Origin: Terriglobia bacterium
Lineage (GTDB): Bacteria > Acidobacteriota > Terriglobia > Acidiferrales > 2-02-FULL-67-57
Assembly: GCA_046757645.1 (NCBI GenBank)
Contig: JBHHYS010000002.1
Location: 1-53,709, forward strand
Length of the DNA stretch: 53,709 nt
Direction of reading: 5' to 3'
The notes under the pieces are model-generated. The model was not told the DNA's origin, searched no databases, and worked only from the letters and a program-made list of their open reading frames with translations. Positions 47,117-53,709 of the stretch are shown here, one piece after another. Within the stretch, counting starts at the first letter, position 1, and each line of letters starts with the position of its first letter. Position numbers and translations under genes: made by a program.

Positions 47117-49534
47117 TCACTCTTTGGACGGGGGCCGATTGCTTTCCTCTTTCGCCGAGGAGGAACCCGGGGTTTTGGCGCGCCGAATACCCAAGGCGCG
47201 CGAGAGGGTGCGGGTCACCCGGCGCAACACCGAGGGCCGGTGCTTGGGACAGAACTCGCGGGGCTCGGTGCCCACAATGAATTTCTCCGTGCGCGCTTCC
47301 GGACAGTCGGCGGTGGCCACGAAGAGGGTTTCGGGGTCAATGGGCACGGAGACGATTCCTTCCGGCGGAGAGAAATTCTCCACGTTGCGGTAGGCCGGTA
47401 AGGTGACGGCCCGCTTCATAAAAGCGGTCCAGATGGGCAAGGCCGCGGCCGAGCCCGGCAAGCCGAGGTCGCGGGCATCGTCGAAGCCCACCCAGACCAG
47501 GCAGAGAAGATTGGAGGTAAAACCGATGAACCAGGCGTCGCGCGAGGTGCCGGTCTTGCCGGCCGCGGGTGCGGTGAAGCCCCGCGCCCGGGCCCCGGCT
47601 CCGGTGCCGCGGTTGATGGTGTCTTGCAAGAGGTCGAGAACCAGATAAGCGACGCGGGGGTCGAGGACGGGTCGGGCCTGGCTGAGGTTCTGGCGCAATT
47701 GCTTGCCCTGAGCGGTGCGCACGCTGGAAATCAAGAAGGGGGCAACGTGCTCGCCCTGGTTGGCAAACACGGTGTACGCGCCCGCCACTTCCAGCGGGGT
47801 GGAGTCGTAGGCGCCCAGGGCCACGGCCGGGGTGGCGCGCAGGCGGGGATTGAGCCCGGCGGCCACCGCCACCTGAGCCACGCGGTCGTAGCCGGTCATC
47901 TCCGCCACCTTGACGGTGGCGACGTTCAGGGAGTGGATGAGGGCGTCGCGCACGGTGACAATCCCGTAGAACTTCTCGCCATAGTTTGACGGTTCGTACT
48001 CCTCCCCTTCGAACTCAAACACCGTGGGTTCGTCCACCACGGTGGTGATGGGAGTGATGGCCTGGTCGGGCGACTCCAGGGCGGTGGCGAAGGCGGCGGC
48101 GTAGACAAAGGGCTTGAAGCCAGAGCCGGGCTGGCGGTGGGCGACGATACGATTCAACTGGCTGCGGGTGTAGTCGCGGCCGCCCACCAGCGCCTTGACC
48201 GCGCCGGTGTGGGGGTCGAGGGCGATCAGCGCCACTTGCACTTCGGGAAGCGTCTCGCGACGATTCTGGAAGCGTTCCTGAATCCGGGCGTCCACCTCGG
48301 GCAGGGCTTCGCGAATCGCCTCGGCGGCGGCCTGTTGCAAGCGGCGGTCCAGGGTGGTGTAGATGCGATAGCTCTGCGAAATCAACTCCTCTTCGGAATA
48401 CTGCGCCAGCAGCCGGTCTTTGACCAAATCGACAAAGTAGGGGGCTTCGCTGGCCTCCACGTTGGCGGGGGCGGGCTCCAAGGGCTCTTGCTGGGCGGCC
48501 TCCGCCTGGGCCGGGCTCAGTGAGCCGATTTCCACCATCGCCTTCAAAATGTGGTTTCGGCGGTTGAGGGCCCGCTCAGGGTTCCGATAGGGGTTGTAGC
48601 GATTGGGGCCGCGAATGATGCCGGCCAGGAAGGCGGACTCCCCCAGGGTCAACTGGCTGACGTCTTTGTCGAAGTAGGCCTGGGCGCCTTCCCCGAGGCC
48701 GTGAATGCTAAAGCTGCCCCGCTGGCCGAGGTAGATTTCGTTGGCGTACAGCTCCAGGATCTTCTCCTTGCTGAAGCGGCGCTCGAGCTGCAAGGCAATC
48801 ACGGCTTCGGCGGCTTTGCGCTTGAAGGTGCGGCTGGGGGTGAGGAAGAAGCTGCGGGCCAACTGCATGGTGAGGGTGCTGGCGCCCTGCACGCGGGCCC
48901 CGCGGCGGATGTCCACCCAGACGGCTCGGAGGCCGTCGAGAAAGGAAATCCCCGGATGGCTGAAGAAGCGCCGGTCTTCGGCGGCAATCACCGCCTGAAT
49001 CAATAGCGGGGGCAAATCTTCGTAGCGCACCAGTCGGCGCTTGGTGCGGCGGCGGTCGAAGAGGTTGGTGATATGGGGGGGATCGAGCCAAGCAGCGGGG
49101 CGGAGCCGCGCATCCCGCAAGGAGCGGATGCGCGTCACCCGGCCCTGAGTCAGCTCCACCCGAACCGCCTCCTTCGGACCCACCTGGGAGGCGCGCCCGG
49201 GCAGGATTTCAATCCCCGGGGCGACCAGGCGGTAGCGCCCGAAGCGCGAGGGCTCTTCGTCGGGGCCGCTGTAGCCAAAGCGGCGGAGCTGGGCAACGAT
49301 TTCCTCCCGGGTAATCTCATCGCCCACGGCGAGCATCTCCGGGGCGGCGTAGATCCGGGATGCATTTTCAAAGATGGCCCCGCTCAGGCGGGCCTCAATC
49401 AGCTCGGAGAAGTAGTGCCACGCGTAGGCGAAGCCCGCGGCGCTCACCAGCAGCAGACCCAGAACTGTCAGCAGCAGGGCGCGACCAAAAGGGCGGGTCC
49501 AAAAGGTGCGGGATATACGAATGCGAACCGGCAC
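47117..49534 (-). CDS. mrcA: Class A penicillin-binding protein (PBP1A-type transglycosylase/transpeptidase)
   Basis: 805 aa, GTG start. GT51 motifs EDRRFFSHPGI and RGASTLTMQLAR. Transpeptidase motifs SGFKP, SLN, KTGTS. Confidence 0.9.
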   Translation of the reverse strand: MPVRIRISRTFWTRPFGRALLLTVLGLLLVSAAGFAYAWHYFSELIEARLSGAIFENASRIYAAPEMLAVGDEITREEIVAQLRRFGYSGPDEEPSRFGRYRLVAPGIEILPGRASQVGPKEAVRVELTQGRVTRIRSLRDARLRPAAWLDPPHITNLFDRRRTKRRLVRYEDLPPLLIQAVIAAEDRRFFSHPGISFLDGLRAVWVDIRRGARVQGASTLTMQLARSFFLTPSRTFKRKAAEAVIALQLERRFSKEKILELYANEIYLGQRGSFSIHGLGEGAQAYFDKDVSQLTLGESAFLAGIIRGPNRYNPYRNPERALNRRNHILKAMVEIGSLSPAQAEAAQQEPLEPAPANVEASEAPYFVDLVKDRLLAQYSEEELISQSYRIYTTLDRRLQQAAAEAIREALPEVDARIQERFQNRRETLPEVQVALIALDPHTGAVKALVGGRDYTRSQLNRIVAHRQPGSGFKPFVYAAAFATALESPDQAITPITTVVDEPTVFEFEGEEYEPSNYGEKFYGIVTVRDALIHSLNVATVKVAEMTGYDRVAQVAVAAGLNPRLRATPAVALGAYDSTPLEVAGAYTVFANQGEHVAPFLISSVRTAQGKQLRQNLSQARPVLDPRVAYLVLDLLQDTINRGTGAGARARGFTAPAAGKTGTSRDAWFIGFTSNLLCLVWVGFDDARDLGLPGSAAALPIWTAFMKRAVTLPAYRNVENFSPPEGIVSVPIDPETLFVATADCPEARTEKFIVGTEPREFCPKHRPSVLRRVTRTLSRALGIRRAKTPGSSSAKEESNRPPSKE

Positions 49535-49543
49535 AGCCCTCGC

Positions 49544-49903
49544 CTAGTAGATGGTGGAGGTGTTTGCGGTGTAGTCGAAGGATAAGTCCATCTTGTAGAT
49601 GATTAAATCCACCGGAACCACGTAGTGCGCCTCAATGCGCACTCCGCCGGGCGCCAAGCCAACCCGGATCTGCTCGCGGCGCACCGGCAACTCCAATGAC
49701 TGAGCCTTTTTCAAGAGTTCATCGCGGATGACTTCGGGGGGTTTGCGATTGACACGGGCAAACCGAGCTTGGTTGCGAACCGCCTCCCTGAAGTCGTAAC
49801 TGCGGACGTACACCGGGATGATGCGGACCGCGCCCACAATCAGGGCGGCGGTGATGAGCAGGGCCAGCAGCAGCGACAGCCTGCTTCCCCCGCGTGCCTT
49901 CAT
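49544..49903 (-). CDS. Small membrane-anchored hypothetical protein (possibly DUF4845-like)
   Basis: 119 aa. AAGGAGAG SD, single N-terminal TM. The stop is 9 nt before the PBP1A start. Confidence 0.55.
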   Translation of the reverse strand: MKARGGSRLSLLLALLITAALIVGAVRIIPVYVRSYDFREAVRNQARFARVNRKPPEVIRDELLKKAQSLELPVRREQIRVGLAPGGVRIEAHYVVPVDLIIYKMDLSFDYTANTSTIY

Positions 49904-49936
49904 AGCTCTCTCCTTTGCCGGCGCCCCTCTGCCCCC

Positions 49937-51697
49937 TTAACCACAGTAGCGACTCTTCACCAGGCCGCCAGTGTCCGCAATTCTAACATCCGCCCGCTGC
50001 CCTGTCGAGCGCTCACTGATTTCCACCAGGCCTTCCTTGGCCTTCTTGCCCACAGTGATGCGCAGGGGGACGCCGATCAGATCGGCATCCTTGAACTTGA
50101 CCCCGGCCCGCTCATCCCGGTCGTCGTAGAGGACGTCGATGCGCGCCTCGCGCAGCTCGCGGTAGAGCTGCTCGGCGGCCCCGCGGATGGGGGCCTCGTT
50201 CAGGTTCACCGGGGTGAGCACCACCTCGAAGGGAGCCACGGGGCGAGGCAGCTTGATTCCATTCTCGTCGTGGTGCTGCTCCACCGCTGCCGTGAGGATG
50301 CGCTCCACGCCAATTCCATAGGAGCCCATCACCAGGGTGACTTCCTTGCCCTGGCGGTCGAGCACCCGCGCCCCCATGGCCTCCGCGTAGCGCCGGCCCA
50401 GCTTGAAGATATGCCCGACCTCGATGACCGGCGCTACCTGCAAGGGGCGCCCGCAGCGGGGGCAAGGGTCGCCGGGTTTCACGATGCGCAGGTCGCGGTA
50501 TTCGCCGGTGAAGTCCCGGTCGGGGGTGACGTAGCGCACGTGGTGATCATTCTTGTTGGCCCCGGTAATCAAGTGGCGGCGGCCGCGCAAGGTATCGTCG
50601 ATGAGGATGCGCGCCCCCTTCACCCCCAGCGGGCCGATGAAACCCGGGGCGGCCCCGAACACCTCCCGGATTTCGTCAGGATGGGCGGGGCGAAAAGTGG
50701 CGCCGCCCAGCGCCTCCGTCAGTTTGGCCTGATTGACTTCGTGGTCGCCCCGCACCAGCACCAGCACGAGCTGGGGTTTTGCGGCGCCAGGTTTTCCCTC
50801 GGCCGTCTCTCGCGGGGGAATGGCGTAGGCCACGCTTTTCATCAGGAACTCCGGCCCCACGCCGGTGAAGGCGACCAGTTCTTCGATGGTGCGCACGTTC
50901 GGCGTGGGAAAGACTTCCGGGGAGCGGGCGCCGCGCTTTTGGGCTGCGCCGCCGTGGGCATCCTGAACCGGTTTGACGCCGGCACGGGCCTTTTCCAGGT
51001 TGGCCGCGTAGCCGCATTCCTTGACGCAGGTGGCGATGCGGTCTTCGCCGGCGTCGGAGACCACCATGAACTCGTGGGAGAGCGAGCCGCCCATGGCGCC
51101 CGAGGCGGCCTCCACCGCCTGGTAGTGCAAGCCGCAGCGGGTGAAAATGCGGCAGTAGGCGTCGTAGTGCTTCTTGTAGCTCACCTCCAGGCCCGGGTCG
51201 TCGAGGTCGAACGAATAGGAATCCTTCATGATGAACTGCCGCAAGCGCATCAGGCCGGACTTGGGCCGGGCTTCGTCGCGGAACTTCACCTGAATCTGGT
51301 ACCAGATCTGGGGCAACTGGCGGTAGCTGCGCAGCTCGCCCCGGGCGATGTCGGTCATTACCTCTTCGTGGGTCATGCCCAGGCAGAGGTCGCGCCCGCC
51401 GTGGTCTTTGAACTGGAACATGGTGGCGGCCATCTGCCCCCAGCGGCCGGTTTCCCGCCAGAGTTCGCCCGGGTGGAGCGCGGGGAGATACATCTCCTGG
51501 GCACCGATGCGGTCCATCTCCTCCCGGATGATTTGCATGATTTTCAGCGCCGAACGCTGGCCGAGATAGAGATAGGAATAAACACCCGCGGAAAGCTGGC
51601 GGATGTAGCCGGCGCGGAGCAAGAGGCGGTGGCTGGCCACTCCGGCGTCCGCCGGGTCGGCCCGCAGCGTGGGGATGAAGAGTTGGCTCCAGCGCAT
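49937..51697 (-). CDS. proS: Proline--tRNA ligase (bacterial type with editing insertion)
   Basis: 586 aa. MRWSQLFIPTLRADPADAGVASHRLLLRAGYIRQL... plus class II motifs. Confidence 0.95.
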   Translation of the reverse strand: MRWSQLFIPTLRADPADAGVASHRLLLRAGYIRQLSAGVYSYLYLGQRSALKIMQIIREEMDRIGAQEMYLPALHPGELWRETGRWGQMAATMFQFKDHGGRDLCLGMTHEEVMTDIARGELRSYRQLPQIWYQIQVKFRDEARPKSGLMRLRQFIMKDSYSFDLDDPGLEVSYKKHYDAYCRIFTRCGLHYQAVEAASGAMGGSLSHEFMVVSDAGEDRIATCVKECGYAANLEKARAGVKPVQDAHGGAAQKRGARSPEVFPTPNVRTIEELVAFTGVGPEFLMKSVAYAIPPRETAEGKPGAAKPQLVLVLVRGDHEVNQAKLTEALGGATFRPAHPDEIREVFGAAPGFIGPLGVKGARILIDDTLRGRRHLITGANKNDHHVRYVTPDRDFTGEYRDLRIVKPGDPCPRCGRPLQVAPVIEVGHIFKLGRRYAEAMGARVLDRQGKEVTLVMGSYGIGVERILTAAVEQHHDENGIKLPRPVAPFEVVLTPVNLNEAPIRGAAEQLYRELREARIDVLYDDRDERAGVKFKDADLIGVPLRITVGKKAKEGLVEISERSTGQRADVRIADTGGLVKSRYCG

Positions 51698-51894
51698 ACT
51701 AACTCAGATTCGCCCCGCGGCTCTCTTGTTGGCTCCGAGCAACCGCCCAAACCTCGAAACAGTATGAGAGCCGCCGCGCAGTGTCAAGTCAACCACCAAA
51801 ATGGAACCGGCGGCGCCGGAGGTCAAGCGACGTCCTTTCACCCTCAGGCTGGCGCTTCTCAGTCCGGGAGGCGTGATCCTGCCCCGCTCGCCTC

Positions 51895-52018
51895 GAGCAG
51901 GCGGGGACGCCTGCTCCACCGCCCTGGGGCGGGGCTTCAGCCCCCAAGCACAGTAGGGCAGACATTTTTGTCTGCCCATCCGGCAGGCAGGTCGGCCCGA
52001 GCAGGCAGAAATGCCTGC
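51895..52018. repeat. Cluster of related GC-rich palindromic hairpins (REP-like) in the PHP-proS spacer
   Basis: GAGCAGGCG-GGGA-CGCCTGCTC (51895-51916). GGGGC-TTCA-GCCCC (51931-51944). GGGCAGACA-TTTT-TGTCTGCCC (51956-51977). GCAGGCA-GAAA-TGCCTGC (52001-52018). An extra unpaired GCAGGCA sits at 51983-51989. Confidence 0.6.
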
Positions 52019-52065
52019 GCCACTGCCCTAACCAAAGGAAAGCAAGAGGAACGGCTGCGGCAGGA

Positions 52066-52929
52066 CTAGTTGGCGTCGGCGGGGGCGTTCCTCCGGCGAT
52101 GGTTCTGGAGAGCGGCGAGGACTGAATCGGGAACTTGAACGTTATTCCGCCCGGTGCCGAGCTCGATCCCGGGCTTGTTTTCGCCGTGGAAGTCGGAGCC
52201 GCCGGTGGTGAGCAAGCCCAGCCGGCGCGCTAATGCCGAATAGGACTCCACCTGAGCCCGGTTGTGCCCGCTCCATATCGTCTCCAGGCCGGCCAGGCCG
52301 TAAGCCTTCAGCTCTTCGATGCAGCGGGAGAGTTGGGCCGTCGGCAACTTCAGCGTGCCGGGATGGGCCAGCACCGCAGCGCCGCCGGAGGATTTCACCA
52401 GCCCGACCGCCTCTTTGGGGTTCAACTGTTCCTTCTCCTCAAAAGCCGGCCGGCCCCGGCTCAGGTAGCGGTCGAAGGCCTCCGAGACGCTGGCGACGTG
52501 CCCGGCCTCAAGCAATGCTCGGGCCAGGTGTGGCCGCCCGATTGATTCCCCGCCAGTAATCTCTTCCACCCGACCAAAAGCAATCTCGACGCCCAGCCGG
52601 TTGAGTTTGGCGACGATGCGCGCGGCGCGCTCCCGGCGCCGGGCGCGCAGCCAGTCCAGGCGCTCCCCCAGGTGGGAATCGTCGTGGCGGATGTAGTAAC
52701 CCAGGACGTGCATTTGCCCGGCGCCATCCCACCGCACCCCCAGCTCCATGCCGGGAACCACGTGGATGCCGCGGACGGCTCCTCGGGCCAACGCCGGAGG
52801 AATTCCGGCCACCGTATCGTGGTCGGTGAGCGCCAGCGCCGTCAGGCCTTTATCGGCCGCCAGGTCCACCAGGGCTTCCGGACTCAAGGTGCCATCCGAG
52901 GCGGTGGAATGAGTGTGAAGATCAATCAT
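52066..52929 (-). CDS. PHP-domain phosphoesterase (TrpH/YciV-like)
   Basis: 287 aa. MIDLHTHSTASDGTLSP...LTDHDTVAG...GSDFHG metal-binding motifs. Confidence 0.8.
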   Translation of the reverse strand: MIDLHTHSTASDGTLSPEALVDLAADKGLTALALTDHDTVAGIPPALARGAVRGIHVVPGMELGVRWDGAGQMHVLGYYIRHDDSHLGERLDWLRARRRERAARIVAKLNRLGVEIAFGRVEEITGGESIGRPHLARALLEAGHVASVSEAFDRYLSRGRPAFEEKEQLNPKEAVGLVKSSGGAAVLAHPGTLKLPTAQLSRCIEELKAYGLAGLETIWSGHNRAQVESYSALARRLGLLTTGGSDFHGENKPGIELGTGRNNVQVPDSVLAALQNHRRRNAPADAN

Positions 52930-53176
52930 AGTTGCTCCCCACTGCTGTTCCCATTAGCGCCTAGCGGAAAAAGTGTCATTCTGAGCGAAGTGAAGAATCT
53001 CTCTTTATTACATTTTTGCGAATTTTATCCATGACACGTTCATTTCACCTCCGTATTCACCTAACGGCTGCGAGCTGAGCGGCCAGGACTCCCACCCTCT
53101 CTAGCTCTTCGCGCAATCCCAGAATACAGCATTCCATGCCATTCGCGCCGCATGCTCGGTCCGCTCCAGCGAGTGG

Positions 53177-53709
53177 TTAGGCAGAGCGCTGCATCTCGGT
53201 GATCGACAGAATGTGGAAGATGACCGCATAGGGGACCAGAAAGAGCGGTATCAAGCCAGTGGGATAAAGCAGCACCTGATTAGGCTGGTCAAACGCGAAC
53301 AGTTGGAAGGGCGTCGCCGAACTGGTAACTCCAAAGAAGAACGCGCTGACGAAATCGGCGATTCCGACGGTGAAAACAAGTTTGATAGCGCCATTCGGGA
53401 TTTCCTGGCTTCGGTAGCGGATGAGCACAACTAGGGCGATGATGCCGACGAGCAAGTCTCCCCAGCCTGCCGGATGGGCGAAGACCCCGGGCAAGTTGCC
53501 TCGCCAGTGCTCCAGAACGAAGACCAATCCAATGGATCGGAACAGCTGCAAGCCGATCAACATGTGCTGGGACAGCCCCTTGCCAACCAAGGCCCAGCGG
53601 AACGCGTAACCGAGGCCCGCCGCAAGAAAGAGATATACAAGCGCCCTAACGGGCAATCCGCGAAAAAACTCGCGGTCGAAACCGTATTTGACGGCGCCGA
53701 AGGCGAAGA
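53177..53709 (-). CDS. Integral membrane protein of unknown function, 5'-truncated by the window edge
   Basis: The frame is open from 53709 (..FAFGAVKYGFDREFFRGLPVRALVY...). The track's 'M' at 53656 is a TTG. About 5 hydrophobic helices. G+C is lower than in the rest of the window. Confidence 0.5.
   Translation of the reverse strand, partial: FAFGAVKYGFDREFFRGLPVRALVYLFLAAGLGYAFRWALVGKGLSQHMLIGLQLFRSIGLVFVLEHWRGNLPGVFAHPAGWGDLLVGIIALVVLIRYRSQEIPNGAIKLVFTVGIADFVSAFFFGVTSSATPFQLFAFDQPNQVLLYPTGLIPLFLVPYAVIFHILSITEMQRSA

Noticed and set aside
51760-51792. Possible proS promoter (TTGACT/TTGACA overlapping pair with CATACT/ATACTG) on the minus strand.
   Set aside because: Spacer lengths come out at 15-16 or 20 nt and the -10 is weak, so it is not convincing enough to list as a feature.

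Overview
High-GC, gene-dense bacterial chromosomal segment that is almost entirely core functions. I found no rRNA, tRNA, CRISPR array, transposase or integrase. Layout: 0-5.9 kb holds mixed-orientation housekeeping genes (Hfq/LSm-like protein, PaaI thioesterase, SDR, bshA, LytS-type kinase, ribA, thiS plus a coupled unknown). 5.9-19.1 kb (+) is an NDH-1 operon nuoA-C-D-(E~F fused)-G-H-J-K-L-M-N. 19.1-53.7 kb is one uninterrupted minus-strand array. In transcription order it runs: partial membrane protein, PHP phosphoesterase, proS, small membrane protein, PBP1A, two TPR proteins, NfeD/SPFH pair, SPOR protein, lnt, prfB (+1 frameshift), aldehyde dehydrogenase, glgA, trxA, purA, moeA-moaC-REC/DUF4388 regulator-mogA, a second NDH-1 operon nuoA-C-D-H-J-K-L-M-N, then atpZ-atpI-atpB-atpE appended 10 nt after nuoN. 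Most notable observations: (1) both nuo operons lack nuoB and nuoI at tightly coupled junctions. (2) nuoE and nuoF are one ORF. (3) The EFG-less nuo operon is physically fused to an Fo-only (a/c) ATP synthase cassette. (4) The c subunit has a signal-peptide-like extension and a Q...ET...Y ion-site signature. (5) Both NuoH paralogs carry a two-helix insertion. (6) Two long intergenic regions (38.8-39.0 kb, 51.9-52.0 kb) contain clustered GC-rich hairpins. Many long antisense ORFs in the track are high-GC shadows. Lineage cues (BshA, LSm-like Hfq, split atp operon) hint at an Acidobacteria-like or related organism, but that is inference only.
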